Part shown: one piece after another, positions 10,901 to 23,079 of the stretch | How the letters are laid out: each line of letters opens with the position of its first letter | Numbering within the stretch: position 1 is the first letter of the stretch | NCBI GenBank assembly: GCA_000004985.1 | Contig: GG738863.1 | Length of the DNA stretch: 64,000 nucleotides | Direction: 5' to 3' (one strand) | Source: Naegleria gruberi | Lineage: Eukaryota | Position numbers and translations under genes: made by a program | Notes under the pieces: model-generated | Database searches by the model: none | What the model was told of the DNA's origin: nothing | The model's input: only the letters and a program-made list of their open reading frames with translations

Positions 10901-12410
10901 GGAAGCTCTTGATTCATTCCTTTCATCAGTTCCGATCGAAAGAGACGAAACAGATGAAAAGACAAGAGCCTTGTCTTCATTGAAGAAGAAGAGAAATAAT
11001 AATTCTTATAATGAATTGTTCCCATTCATTGAAGCATTCTTTGCTTTCCAATCTGGTTTCAGTGAAGAAAAGGAAGAAAAGAACTCGACATTGCTTTCTT
11101 CCATGGAAGAGCACACCCCAACATCCGCCAAGGGCTTTGGCGACAAAGCTATTATTGAAAATTTCCTTGAAAAACATAGAGAAATTTTGAATGCACAAAT
11201 TGAAGCCAATCCATCATTGCTGACCTCTACACTTTCTCTCATGATGAAGTATCCAAAATATGTTGACTTTAAGAATAAGCTCGTTTGGTTCAAGGCTAAA
11301 TTGAAGGAAGAATCAAAGAAGACTGGTGGCGTTGCTCCAATGTCTGTCAGAAGATCTCAAATATTCACTGATTCCTACTTTTATATTAATGGTTTGCTTC
11401 CAGAGGAATGTAAAGGAAAATTACAGATCAAATTTGAAGGAGAGGAAGGTTATGACGCTGGTGGTGTAAAGAGAGAATGGTTTTCAACCCTCTCCAGAGA
11501 AATGTTATATCCTGGTTATGCCTTGTTTGCACCATGCGCTGATAGAACAACCTACCATCCAAACCCTTCATCCTATGTCAATCAAGAACACTTGTCTTAT
11601 TTCAGATTCACTGGTAGAATAATTGCTATGGCCATCTATAATGAACAACCTTTGGATTGTCACTTTACCAGATCTTTCTACAAGCATATTCTTGGTATTC
11701 CAATCACTTACCATGATATTGAAAGTATTGATCCTAGCTATTACAAGAATCTCAAGTGGATGCTCACCAACAGCATTGGAGATGTTTTATTCCACACTTT
11801 CACTCATGAATTTGATGAATTTGGTAAAACAAAAGAAATTGAATTGAAACCAAATGGTAAGAATATCCCTGTTACAGATGAGAATAAGGCCGAATATGTT
11901 CGTTTAGTTACTGAGCTCAAGATGACCAAATCCATTGAAAAACAACTTGAACAATTCCTTAAGGCATTCTATGATATTATTCCAAGAAAGCTTATTCAAA
12001 TTTTCAATGAACAAGAATTGGAATTGCTCATTTCTGGTTTACCAGATATTGATATTCAAGACTTGAAGAATAACACTATTTACGGACATGGTTACACCAA
12101 GGATTCAGTCCATATCAAATGGTTCTGGAATGTTGTTGAATCATTCGGAAAGGATGATAAGGCCCTTTTACTCCAATTTGTTACTGGTACAAGTAAGGTT
12201 CCACTTGGTGGATTCTCCCAATTGATTGGTGCTAATGGTGAAAATCAATTGTTCTGCATTCAAAAAGCAAACGTTGGTTCTCAACGTTTACCAACAGCTC
12301 ACACTTGTTTCAATCAATTGGATTTGCCAGAGTATGACACTGAAGATGTTTTGAGAGAGAGATTGCTTGTGGCGTTGAGATTTGGTTCAGAAGGATTTGG
12401 TTTTGTCTAA
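7997..12410 (+). CDS. HECT-domain E3 ubiquitin-protein ligase (2 exons: about 7997..8243 and about 8293..12410; 49-nt GTATGT...TAG intron)
   Basis: The C-terminal HECT domain is intact (...GANGENQLFCIQKANVGSQRLPTAHTCFNQLDLPEYDTEDVLRERLLVALRFGSEGFGFV*). The ATG sits at 7997. Exon 1 is an acidic 82-codon exon ending in phase 1. The donor gtatgt is at about 8244 and the acceptor tatatag at about 8292. The joined frame reads ...GEEQ-Q-NVFLNVGQAVAMGDM with no stop. The M at 8310 in the ORF track is a GTG, not a real start. Confidence 0.85.
8244..8292 (+). other. Spliceosomal intron (49 nt, GTATGT...TAG) joining the acidic first exon to the HECT ligase body
   Basis: The phase-1 donor and phase-1 acceptor restore a continuous frame. 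The intron is AT-rich. Confidence 0.6.
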
Positions 12411-12423
12411 ATAATAAAATAAT

Positions 12424-14157
12424 TTACTTCTTTAACTCTTTGAGTTCGGCATCGACTTGCTTTGCGGCCAACTTGGCACGAGAGTGTAAAACTTCTTCGA
12501 ATGGATAACCAGAAGCCTTATTACACTTTTCCAAGTTCTTCTTTACTTCTGTTAACAGTTCAACTTTCTTGTTGGTATCTGTTTCATTCTTGGCATTGTT
12601 CAAATAGAGAGATTCGGCAACTTCATAATATGAGAAGGCTATCCATTGTTTTTCAATCTTGACCTTATTTTCAAAAGACAATGCCTTCTTGAATTCGGCA
12701 TTACTTTCTTCCTTCTTACCAACTTGTCTATAGAATTGTCCCTTCACAACAGCCATACCAGCTTCAACATCTCCATAAATCTTGCTCTTTTCATCAATCT
12801 TTACATCAGCACATAAAGAATTGAAGAATTCAAAGAGTGGTTCTGCGTGTTGTTCATCAATATTAGCTAAATCTCTTCTCAAATAAAGATATTGGAAGCT
12901 GGAAACGAGCATCATGAGATGTTTTTCTTCTTCAGATCCAAGAGTTTTGATCAAATCAACCTTTTCCAAAGTATATTTGTCAATTCTAGAGTTCTTTGAA
13001 ATGTACTTTTCTAAATTCTTAATCAAGTCGTTAGCAACATCCTTTTCGCCTAATTTCAATTTACAAACGGCGAGCAACATTGCAGAGATACCCTTGGTAT
13101 CGAATTCTTTTTCAACCTTAATTAAATCAGAGAAAATAAGAGAGGCATCACTGAAATTAAGAGTGAGGAGGTGACAAACTCCCAATTCATGGAGGAAGTT
13201 ATTTGGTGTAGATCCCATAGCAGTTCTACAAATAGCGACAGCTTGTGTAAGACTTTCAATGGCTGCTGTAATATCACCTCTCTTTCTTTCATAGTGAGAT
13301 TTAATGAACTTGAAAAATCCACCTTGTGGTAAAATCTTTCCGACTCTTTCCAAAATTGGTCCAACTTCAGTCAAATTCTTTTCTCTATCTTGCAAAGCTC
13401 TTGGAATGAATAAATAATTCAAACAGAGCATAAATGAGGAATTACCAACTTGTCTTCCTCCGTAATCATGTACCTTCTTTAAAAAAGATAAACCTTGTTC
13501 TCTATCAGCATCAAATCCTAGAACGCTCAAAATTTTAGTAAGTGCAGGTGGCAAAATTGAAAGCATAAAATTGAAAATACTTTACAATGTCAATCACAAA
13601 ACGTCACAATAACAACCTACCCCATTCCGAAATAAACACAATGAATAAGATCACTGTGGATAAACTTTGCAGATGTGTTTGGTTCATTCTTTGTATCTTC
13701 AATTGCAGCATAGACATCTTTAAATTTAATGTAAGCCTTTCTCAAGTTATATAAACCTTTAAGGTAAGACCCAGCATGGAATTGTAAAATACCTCTCATC
13801 AAGTGAGCTTCTCCATCCAAAACATCATTATCGAGTTCAAAATTGTAAATAATTTGTTCGGAAGTCATCTTTTCCAAATCCAAAAAGTTTGGATGTGACT
13901 TTTCACTCTCTGTATAATAATCTTCGGAAGCTTCTTCCAACTTTTTGTTGAGAGTTTTATATTCTTCAACGATCTTGAGAATATCATCTTTCTTTGATAC
14001 TTTTTTGAGGGCCTTTTCAGCATTTTCAATACCTTGCATACCTTCCTCTCTCATTGAGGTTTCTCCCGAAATGTTGGAAGCAAGAGCAGCTATGAAAGGT
14101 CAAATAACACTACTACTAATACTAGTACTTACGAATAGTTGCAAGTTCGAAGGCCAT
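12424..14157 (-). CDS. TPR-containing protein, TTC39/Iml2 (DUF3808)-like; 3 exons: complement(about 12424..13579, about 13621..14089, about 14133..14157)
   Basis: The ATG on the minus strand at about 14157 gives MAFELATI + P. A 43-nt intron (GTAAGT...CATAG) follows, then exon 2 (...ALASNISGETSMREEGMQG...LMRGILQFHAGSYLKGLYNLRKAYIKF...VYFGMG). A 41-nt intron (GTAGGT...GTAAAG) follows, then exon 3 (IFNFMLSILPPALTKIL...). All junctions are phase-consistent. The family assignment is from memory of TTC39/Iml2 N-terminal motifs and is tentative. Confidence 0.5.
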
Positions 14158-15194
14158 TCTTGGGATGTGTACAAGAGGTGTCAAATACTTTTTAGCTTCA
14201 TCGAATTGTGTGTTCCTAATTATTTTCCGAAATAGAGATCATATACGATTTTTAAATAATTATATATACAAATTAATAAAACACCTACCACACAAATCTA
14301 TTTCCCTTCATAACACAGTTGAACATTTTTCTGTGCAGCAGAAATTGAAAGTGTTGAATTGTAATTGCGTATTATCACAATAAATCATTATCCATATCAT
14401 CAACATCACCCATAAATTTCACCACATGATTTGATTATGAATCACACAACACAACAATAAAAACCCTCTGATTACAGAACAACCTCGAACACATTCCACT
14501 TACATTGAGACGTTACGTTTTGATACTTTTTTTTTGATTAATGTTCATCACGCAGTTTGGTCGCAACCAACGGTTTATTGAAATGCATCACTATTTGGCG
14601 GGCTTTGAAATCTTTCGAAATTCCGTTACTGAGGCTACTTGAGCTTTTAGAAAATATTGATCACAACGAAAGAATGCAAGTGAAAAATTAGGCTAAAGTG
14701 AGGTTTTATATGAAGGCTGCATTGAAGTAAGGAGAAGTATTTTCAAAAGATTCAACATGTTGATAAGGTTCAAATGTTGATGGAGATGGAAAAGGCAAGG
14801 AGTATGATGGTGATTTTTCATGGTTTAAAAGAGGCAATTTTTGAAATGTCGAATGAGAATTTGGAAACATGTTGGTTGGTCAATCAGAGCAATCTTCATG
14901 TTTACAATTTGGAAGAGTATTGTTTCAAAATCATTACCTCACGAGTTTGAGTACTGATTGGAATGAATCTAGTGATGTTGTGGTTTTTTTCAAAATATTA
15001 TCATCACAAAGCTTGAACAAAGCTTGATTACAATAAGAATTTAAAAAAAAGCCTTTTTCATCACAACGAAAATTTAATTTTTTTGCAAAACTTCCGAACA
15101 AAGCCTTCTTCTGTTTTTTATTGAAGCCTTGTTTCATCAAAACTTTTATTGGGGAGTGTAGTATTTGAATATTATAAAATATTAAAATTGAAGG
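14158..15194. promoter_or_regulatory. About 1-kb AT-rich divergent intergenic region between the TTC39-like gene (-) and the ARID gene (+); presumed bidirectional promoter
   Basis: The two gene starts face away from each other. No convincing ORF lies between them; 14934..15140(-) is low-complexity. Confidence 0.35.
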
Positions 15195-17303
15195 ATGAAT
15201 GGAAATAGTTCGGATGAGGTGATATCGAATGATAACACTATTGTTATCAATGGTGATGACACCACAACATTGTTACCACCAAGAGATGAAATGATTATTG
15301 ATATTCATCATCAGGATTTAAAGGATCCTTCCGTGCTAGGAAAAGGGTTATTTGGATTGTATGATTTTGTTCAAACAGAGGATGGTGCTGATAATCCTGA
15401 TTCATCATTACCACCAATCGGAAGGTCTAAAGTATTATATAGTAAATTTTCTAGAAAGCCTAAGAGACCTATCATCACACCAAAAGTGGTGATTAGCACT
15501 GCAACACAAAATTCAACAACAGATGATTCGTCGCCATCACCATCATCACCATCAAATACAAGAGAATCAACAAAATCCATTGTTGAACCAACATCCACAG
15601 AAATTGAACCAGAATTATTAATAACAGAACCAATACCTTCACTAACTGGCTCACCAATCTTGAGCAGGGAAACAGCCATCGATTCCCTTATGGAATACTA
15701 TTCAAAGTTCTATAGTATTGTTCCGAATTATGGTGTGGGTCAGCTTGAAAAGCAGTTCTTACAACTTTTCTTTGAGTACATGTTGGATAAGAATACTGAA
15801 GATTTTCCAAGTCCAGTTCCAATGTTGAGGAGTGTTCCTTTGGATATTTTTCACTTATATGGCAGAGTATTGGAGAAAGGAGGATTTCTATACATGGATT
15901 CAGGTGATTGGGAGCTTGTTTTCAAAAAAATTAGGAATTATGATGAGTTAATGAAAAAACCTGAAGAAATGCTCAAATCTATGTACGAACAATATTTAAA
16001 GAATTTTGAGGGTTTCGTTACAAGACAAGCAAATTCGGCTGAGTTTACCAATATCATTTTAGAATATATTCAGAAACAAAATTTGGAAGAATTTCACAGT
16101 AAGACTGCTGAGTTACGTAAAAGAATTTTGGCTAAAGTGAGAAGTAATTGTGAGCAAGAGGCCGCACGATCTAGTGGTAGTGCTGTGAATAATGAGAAAA
16201 AGGGTCATGTAATAGCTGATTATAGTGATGAAGACCAACGCTTACCAATGCCAGAATTACCTAAAAAATTAACAAAAAATATTCTCTTAGAAATGCAAAA
16301 ATCTACAAAGAGAGCCTATCTCAGTTTTATTTCCAAGAAAGGGAGATCAATTAACTTGAAAATTGATGTCTACAAAACACCGTTGGGTTTAGAATTACTG
16401 AGAAGGGAACCTATTATTGGAGATTCTGAAAATTATGGTCAATTAATTTATTATCAATTTGATGCTGCTCAAATTTCTAGGGATGACACAATAAGGAAGG
16501 AGTACAAGATGATGGGTATGGACGTAATTGAGCCAGGATCTCTTTGCTATTGGATGGGTGGAAGTTCAATTATCTTTGGTTATGGGCGAACACCAAAGTC
16601 AAAGAAGCAAGAATGTAGATTGACTGAGAAATGTCTTGTATTTGGAAAGTTAAACGATCCAAACTATACGTTTGAGGTGAGTGATACAAACTCTTCACTG
16701 TACCTTCCTTCAGTGCTACACGATATTGAAAAGGACGGAGCTGGGGTATGGACCGTAAAGCTCTCCTCTCATCCACCAATCTCTGAAGAACCAGTACCAC
16801 TTAAAAAGAGAGCTCGAGCTTTTGTAACAGAAAGTCCAAGAAAAAAAGTAGATCCTACACCATCAGCATCTTCACCAAATGTTCAAAAAGAAACACCTGT
16901 ACAAGCAACAACACCAACTAAAGAACCATCAGAACCATCGACACCAGTTGTAATAATTTCGCCAACAACACCAACTAAGGAATCAACTAAGGAAATACCT
17001 AAAGAATCACCAAAAGATGTGGACGATTCATTTGAAAGAAAGATTTTAACTCTAAGATATAGATATCAAAGCGAGGACGAAAATAGTTGCAAAATAGCCA
17101 CAGCTTCTTTTGTAGCTAGAGAATATATTGACTATTCTACGATACTTTCTCTCCTACGAAGAGATAATGTCAAAACCGAAAGCTTGGCAGAAATTCGATA
17201 CAATGCGGATTCCATTTGGCAAATCCTCCACGAGAATTTCAAACTCAAACTTGTTTCTAATCAAACTATTATACAAATTTTACTTTTCAGAAAAAAATAC
17301 TAA
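15195..17303 (+). CDS. ARID/BRIGHT DNA-binding domain protein
   Basis: ARID signature: ...FYSIVPNYGVGQLEKQFLQLFFEYMLDKNTEDFPSPVPMLRSVPLDIFHLYGRVLEKGGFLYMDSGDWELVF... The ATG is at 15195. The tails are Ser/Thr/Pro-rich. Confidence 0.7.
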   Translation: MNGNSSDEVISNDNTIVINGDDTTTLLPPRDEMIIDIHHQDLKDPSVLGKGLFGLYDFVQTEDGADNPDSSLPPIGRSKVLYSKFSRKPKRPIITPKVVISTATQNSTTDDSSPSPSSPSNTRESTKSIVEPTSTEIEPELLITEPIPSLTGSPILSRETAIDSLMEYYSKFYSIVPNYGVGQLEKQFLQLFFEYMLDKNTEDFPSPVPMLRSVPLDIFHLYGRVLEKGGFLYMDSGDWELVFKKIRNYDELMKKPEEMLKSMYEQYLKNFEGFVTRQANSAEFTNIILEYIQKQNLEEFHSKTAELRKRILAKVRSNCEQEAARSSGSAVNNEKKGHVIADYSDEDQRLPMPELPKKLTKNILLEMQKSTKRAYLSFISKKGRSINLKIDVYKTPLGLELLRREPIIGDSENYGQLIYYQFDAAQISRDDTIRKEYKMMGMDVIEPGSLCYWMGGSSIIFGYGRTPKSKKQECRLTEKCLVFGKLNDPNYTFEVSDTNSSLYLPSVLHDIEKDGAGVWTVKLSSHPPISEEPVPLKKRARAFVTESPRKKVDPTPSASSPNVQKETPVQATTPTKEPSEPSTPVVIISPTTPTKESTKEIPKESPKDVDDSFERKILTLRYRYQSEDENSCKIATASFVAREYIDYSTILSLLRRDNVKTESLAEIRYNADSIWQILHENFKLKLVSNQTIIQILLFRKKY

Positions 17304-17386
17304 GACAATTAGTAGAAGAAACAATGCCAGTATCTCTTTTTTATCTACTGTAAATTTCCAAACAAAACCGACATTCCTTTCTCAAC

Positions 17387-18472
17387 ATGTCAAAAACATT
17401 AAGAAAAAAAATGAAGCTTGACGGATTATTTTCAAACACGCCATTTCTTCTTTGTTGTGAGACATGCTTTAGAGATTTTGCCCATCAGGTAAAGGCAACA
17501 CATCAATGCAGAAATTGTGGTTTGAAGACTTGTGTCTTGCACTCTAAATATCATGTCAAATATGTTCCTCATCATGTTGTTTCTCTAATTGAGGTTGAAA
17601 ATGTAAATGAATCTTCAGAAGAGGAAGAATCCGATTCAGATTCTTGTAAGTGTTGCTATGAAAAGTCTCAAACATTCGAAACTCCAAGAGAGAGTGAACC
17701 ACCATCAATCATTAGAACAATTAATGAAAATTTGAGATCGCCAATTAGACCATCCTCAGCTGGCACCAGTTCAAGAATTTATTCTAAATCTCCTCTCATC
17801 TCTAGAGCTAGCAGAGTAATCAATGAAGATTGCAGTAGAGCTAGTTCAAGATTGGACAATGATGCATTCAAGAGAGCGGCAAGTCCTAGCAGTAGACAAG
17901 TAAATCGTCTTGAAAAGAAGAATCTAGAACACGTTCAAAAGGCGTACGAGCTAAAATCTCAATTCGAACAATTGAAATCAGAGCTCAAAGATTGGCAATA
18001 TGAGAATTCTCTTTTATCCGATTCTCTCATGTATGAAATTGAAAATGTAGATAATGAAAGATTGAGACTGGAATTGGAATGTAAACATGTTTTCCAAAAA
18101 TTGAGAAGTATTCTCAACGACAGAGAAGATATTGTCCTTTCTAATATACATCGTGTTAGTAATGATCAAAAGGATAATGTTATGAAGATTAGTTCACTAA
18201 AGAATAGTTTGAAATTAATCATTACAGATCTGGATTCAGTAAGTGAGGATTTATATGAGGAGGGATCTAGCACTCAATTTGTACTCATTGAAAGAAAGTT
18301 GAAGAAATTAAATTCCACAATTGAAGTGTTGAAATATCAGTGCCAGGTTAAGAAGGTAAATTCAATGGAGAAGAATTACTTGAAATTCATTCCACATATT
18401 CATCAATTAGAGGAACAAATTAAGAATATTTGCCAATTACTCAATGGTGAAGGTAAAATAATTGGCTACTAG
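17387..18472 (+). CDS. FYVE-like zinc-finger (degenerate) plus coiled-coil protein
   Basis: CCETCFRDFAHQVKATHQCRNCGLKTCVLHS resembles the FYVE R(R/K)HHCRxCG core without the basic patch. The C-terminal half is heptad-rich (LKSELKDWQYENSLL...). Confidence 0.35.
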   Translation: MSKTLRKKMKLDGLFSNTPFLLCCETCFRDFAHQVKATHQCRNCGLKTCVLHSKYHVKYVPHHVVSLIEVENVNESSEEEESDSDSCKCCYEKSQTFETPRESEPPSIIRTINENLRSPIRPSSAGTSSRIYSKSPLISRASRVINEDCSRASSRLDNDAFKRAASPSSRQVNRLEKKNLEHVQKAYELKSQFEQLKSELKDWQYENSLLSDSLMYEIENVDNERLRLELECKHVFQKLRSILNDREDIVLSNIHRVSNDQKDNVMKISSLKNSLKLIITDLDSVSEDLYEEGSSTQFVLIERKLKKLNSTIEVLKYQCQVKKVNSMEKNYLKFIPHIHQLEEQIKNICQLLNGEGKIIGY

Positions 18473-18497
18473 TTGTCATATTATTTGACCATATATA

Positions 18498-20095
18498 TTA
18501 CAAGGAAAAGCTTTCAATCATTTGCAAGAATAAATTTCTACATTGCAATCCAATAGAACTCGTATAACTAAAGACATATTTTTGTCTAGATTCGGCACCA
18601 GTGAAAACAATTACAATTTGTGAGATATTTCTCTCAGAATTGGTTAGTGTATGATCCTCAACAAACTTTACCTCGAATCTGTAGCCATATACCAAATTGG
18701 AACCCAATTCCAAATCAATCAATTCTAAATCTTCAACAATGGCCAATTGTTTCCTCTCCTTAAATTGATTCTGGATTAAGGTGGCAGTCTTGACCAATGA
18801 AGCACCAGTTTCCAACAATTGAATCATGAAATTGTCACAAATAATATCCTGATAACATTGCTGAATGGGGCTAAACATGAAAACTATTCCCGATTCACTT
18901 CCAACCTTGAATCCAAATGGTACCTTCATTGATGATCCTTCGAATATCTCAGTGTCGGTCCAAGGTAAATTCTCAGTCTTGATAAAAGTCGATTGTTGAA
19001 TAAAATTCTCATAAACTTCTCTATTTCTCGATGCACAATTACTATAATATGTAACCACATAGGCACCACTCGATCCAGAATCAATGACAGTTGTATATTG
19101 AGTTAGAAATATTCCACTTCCCTCCTCCAAATAGGAACAAACAAAATCCATAGCACTCAAATGCTTTCTAATCATGTGAGGAGTATCCTGTCCAGCATCC
19201 ACCAATGAATACATGGCTCTCTTTCTCTTTTTTTCATTTCCTGGATTGGGAGCTCCCTTTGGAATGTCCTCAAACTGCGATTGAAATTTCAAATGAAATG
19301 TAAACTCTTGCATACTAATAATTCCCAAAACTCTTTCAACTGTGAAATAATCTCTATTGATTTTCTCATTATACAAATGAGAAGGTGAATAGAAATAGAG
19401 AACAGAGTCTTTTAGTGAGATTTCCCATGTATCAAATATTCTAAATGTTCCAAAATAGGGATAATCATCAAATGTACTTGTAACTGATCCATAATCATCA
19501 GCTTTTGTCGTTCTTTCGATTGTAAATTTGTAAGTTATATACGAAAGTGCTTCCGATCCTTTGTTTTCCTCAATTTCCATGTTTAAAGTTACATCCTCTC
19601 CATCATTTAATATCGGAATTTTAACATGTCCAACTGTACAATATTAGAAAGTTGGTTTATGTTTCTAATAACTTACCAAACTAGCGAAAATTCATCATCA
19701 ATTTCGAATAATTATTATTATTAAATTATTTACCTTGTCTTGACTCAACATGTCATAATCCCAAACTTCTACAATTGCATGAGTTTCCTTTCTTTCCAAC
19801 TATTTATATTCGAAATAAATTATTCGAAAATTAGTCACTTACCGGAATGTCAAAAGTTTCATTAAACTTGGGATTTCGTGTTCTCTTGACAGGTTTAGTT
19901 TGTTTAGAATAGGCATTTCCCAACTTTACTTTTAAATACGGATCTATTTGATCTTTCTAATAACAAGAATAAAATTATTAGAAACTTACTAATCTGTTTT
20001 TGTTATTTTCATCATCCATTATCATCTTCTTCACTTACGTTTCCACTTCCGACGTTGGTGGCAGATAAAATAACCAACTTGAAAATATCATCCAT
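18498..20095 (-). CDS. C2-domain-containing protein (multi-exon; N-terminal C2, C-terminal about 360-aa domain of unknown function)
   Basis: Minus-strand exons upstream of the 360-aa ORF read, in order:
- MDDIFKLVILSATNVGSGN, then GTAAGT
- KDQIDPYLKVKLGNAYSKQTKPVKRTRNPKFNETFDIP, then GTAAGT
- LERKETHAIVEVWDYDMLSQDK
- VGHVKIPILNDGEDVTLN, joined to MEIEEN...
Together these give the classic C2 pattern (DPY.KV...T....NP.fNE.F). There are at least four small introns with GTAAGT donors. Confidence 0.55.
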
Positions 20096-20138
20096 TTTTT
20101 TATTCTAAATTGAAACTGTTTCGAATAATATTCTTTTA

Positions 20139-21269
20139 TCATTTGTTTAAATAATTGACAAGTGAATAGCTCAATAAACCAGTCAAACCAAGTCCAACAA
20201 CAGCAGAACCAATCATTTTACCATAATATTTAACAGGATGATAATGTTGATAATCAATATCATAAATTCCAAACCAATTTTCAATCTTGTTTACAATGGG
20301 ATTCAAATCTCTCAGAGTTCCAATAACTTGAATGTCAAATCTGTGTTCGAAACCAATCTTTTCATAAATTGGTCTTCCTTCCATGGTTGCTTGCAATACA
20401 CAATATTGATAATTATTTAAAAGAGCAATTTCTAATAGCAGAGTCACAACCATGGAAGCATATCCTCTTCCTTGATAGTTTGGCCGTGTGGTAATGGAAA
20501 ATAGAGAAGCAGTTTCTTTTCCCTTAATAACTTGTCCACAAGAAACAACTTTTCCATCTTGTTTGACGAGAACCCATTCATAATCTTTGGATTTCAATAA
20601 ATATTGAGCATAGTATTGACTTGCTTCTTTTGGTAATTCTTCTCCTTCAAAGAATGCTTCGTAATAAGTTTCTGCAATTTCAATAGCTTCTTCAGGAGTA
20701 CTCAAAGTTTTAATTGTAAATTCCTTTCCTTGGGCTAGAATGACCCCAGATTCATTTTGTAATTTTTGTAAACTTTCCTCGTTATATCCAAAATCATTTT
20801 TCAACTTTTTCAAATTCTTTTCTCTTAAATTCCTACTCTCCTTCAAATCACATATCATTCCAGTACTAACTTCAATCCAATTAATTGGCATCTTGTCAAA
20901 TATTACTTGTTGCAATTTGTCAAACTTGCTCGTTCTATTTTTCGAGTCATACATTGGTACAAACAAGTAGACAGGTACTCCATCCGATTGTTCCCGAATA
21001 GTTTCCAATAATTGCAAGTGATTCTCACTTCTGGTAACATAATAAAGGTCAGGTACGGGCAATTTCTTGATCCCTTTTTTGAAACCAGGCATGCATTCAT
21101 TCTCATTCTCATGCAACTCAAAAATAGAGGAAAAGCTTTTAACAGTGGCTCTGTTAAAGTCAAAGAGTGAGTCCACAATGAGTCGATTCATTTTTTTGTA
21201 AGGAAAATTGATAATAATTGGTTTGCTCGGAGTTATGGCAGGAGTTAATTTTTCAAAATTGAAGCTCAA
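20139..21269 (-). CDS. GNAT-family N-acetyltransferase domain protein
   Basis: C-terminal GNAT motifs: VVSCGQV...RPNYQGRGYASMVVTLLLEIAL...EGRPIYEKIGF. The N-terminal about 200 aa is unassigned. There is a hydrophobic C-terminal tail. Confidence 0.55.
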   Translation of the reverse strand: MSFNFEKLTPAITPSKPIIINFPYKKMNRLIVDSLFDFNRATVKSFSSIFELHENENECMPGFKKGIKKLPVPDLYYVTRSENHLQLLETIREQSDGVPVYLFVPMYDSKNRTSKFDKLQQVIFDKMPINWIEVSTGMICDLKESRNLREKNLKKLKNDFGYNEESLQKLQNESGVILAQGKEFTIKTLSTPEEAIEIAETYYEAFFEGEELPKEASQYYAQYLLKSKDYEWVLVKQDGKVVSCGQVIKGKETASLFSITTRPNYQGRGYASMVVTLLLEIALLNNYQYCVLQATMEGRPIYEKIGFEHRFDIQVIGTLRDLNPIVNKIENWFGIYDIDYQHYHPVKYYGKMIGSAVVGLGLTGLLSYSLVNYLNK

Positions 21270-21864
21270 ATTGATTGCAAATCAAAATTGAAATTCATAA
21301 AATCACAGTTTGCAATTATTATAGCAAGACTCAATTCTTAAATTATACAAAGAATTAGTGTGGACATTGAGCTTAATGGCTTCGTTGCGTATTAGTTTAA
21401 GGTTGCTTTTCATTTTACCTTAACTGCCTCATAACTAATTCCAAAGTCATTTCTCAATTCTGTTCCAACAAAATTCAATCTGGTTTTTCTTGATAGAAAG
21501 TTTTATTGATTTCAGTATGAAACTTCGATCTTTCAACAAAAAGCTCATTGATCGCGGACATATTTCGATAAAGAGTTCGAAATGACGTGAAAGAAATTCT
21601 TCAGGAATGCATTGGAAGTTTAAACTTGTTGAATTGTTGAGAGTGAATTTGGTTAATTGGTGATAGAGATGAAATCACGTGATTGATGTAAACAACCTAG
21701 CACAAAATCTTGATTCATTGTTTAATTTCGAATAATTGTAGTTTCTCCAAATACTATAATAAGCAACATGTAATTTTGAATTACTTCAGAATTGTTTCTC
21801 ACACACGTTTATTTAAATCAAAATTGTTAATTTTTCAAAAGAATTCTCTAAATATTGAGCAAAA

Positions 21865-23079
21865 TTAATTCTTCTTTTCAATGTAATTGTCATGTTTCTT
21901 CTTATGTTCCTTCTTCTTGTGTTCCTTCTTTTCTGGAACATACTTGTCAACCTTAATTGGAGAACAAATCTTCTTCTTCTTTGAACAAACTGATTCTTCA
22001 CCATATTTGACACATTTCTTATGACCACCAACGAATTGATACTTGGCACAGACCTTATAACCAGGAGACTTCTTGACACACTTCTTCCAGTGCTTCTTCT
22101 TGATACATCTTGATTTGGTATGATGGTATTGAGTACAGAAGTTGACTGCCTTATAATTGGCACAGAATTTACGTTCCTTGAACTTTTCACAGACACGAAC
22201 TCTCTTCTTGAAATCACAGAATTGATTTTGACTCCACTTGGTACAGAAACGAGCCTTCTTTTGAGCAACACAGAACTTTCTATCAACGAATTTGACACAT
22301 CTCTTAGTGTAACCCTTCTTGAGACTGAATTTAACCTTATTGTATCTGACACACTTCTTAGTCTTGGTATATTTGGCACAAATCTTGTGACACTTTTGTT
22401 GACAGAAGGCATGATAATAAGTATCAGTCCATCCCTTGTAATGTTTACCGTTAACCTTCTTCCATCCCTTTTGGCATTTACAGACTTGCTTGTAGGCAGA
22501 ACAGTAAGCATCGAGCTTGTATTCAGCACATCTCTTCTTATAGTGATATCCGACCTTTGGAACATTGATGAATTTAGCACAGACATTTGACTTGTCATAC
22601 TTGGTACAAACGAAATGATAAGCATATTCATCACAAGCATTGTTCTTGCCCTTATGTTCACACAAATTCTTCCAGTTAGACTTGATACAATACTTTTCAG
22701 TCTTGTGCTTGTCACAAACTTGTTTGTAACCTGAAAAAAAGTTTACAAAAATTGTAAAATTTCAAATTAACTTACCATGACCCAAACACAACTTTCTAGC
22801 CTTGGAGTACTTGTCACACTTGCTGAATCTCTTGTATTGCAAACATTTGCCCTTACCAACCAACTTCCAGTCACAGCACTCTTTCTTGGTACCAATCCAT
22901 TCATAATCTGAACACTTTCCCTTGACTGTCTTGTAGTGAGTACACTTGTTGTAACAGAATTGTTGATGTTCTCCATAAGTATCAACATTCTTGGATGGTT
23001 CTGGTTTACTTGGATTTGCCAAGACCAAAGCAGCGAATGCAAGAGCAATGCACAAGCTTATAATGAATTTTGTTTTCAT
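21865..23079 (-). CDS. Secreted cysteine- and lysine-rich repeat protein (2 exons: about 22776..23079 and 21865..about 22729; 46-nt GTAAGT...TTTCAG intron)
   Basis: The ATG (minus) at about 23079 gives MKTKFIISLCIALAFAALVLA (signal peptide). The mature protein is about 400 aa with about 50 Cys and about 25% Lys. It has quasi-periodic units of about 10-12 residues, for example RKFCVAQKKARFCTKWSQNQFCDFKKRVRVCEKFKERKFCANYKAVNFC. The C-terminal tail is KKEHKKKEHKKKHDN. ORF 21813..22715 and ORF 22120..22590(+) are alternative or antisense frames. Confidence 0.6.

Noticed and set aside
14934-15140. 68-aa ORF in the TTC39/ARID divergent intergenic region
   Set aside because: It is a K/F/L-rich translation of an AT-rich promoter region with no motif or splice context. 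It is likely non-coding.
22120-22590. 156-aa plus-strand ORF antisense to the Cys/Lys-rich gene, plus the 300-aa ORF 21813..22715 in a second minus frame
   Set aside because: The TTC/TTT-rich antisense of an AAG/AAA-rich gene gives long open frames by composition alone. The Cys/Lys frame has the signal peptide, the splice continuity and the periodic Cys pattern.
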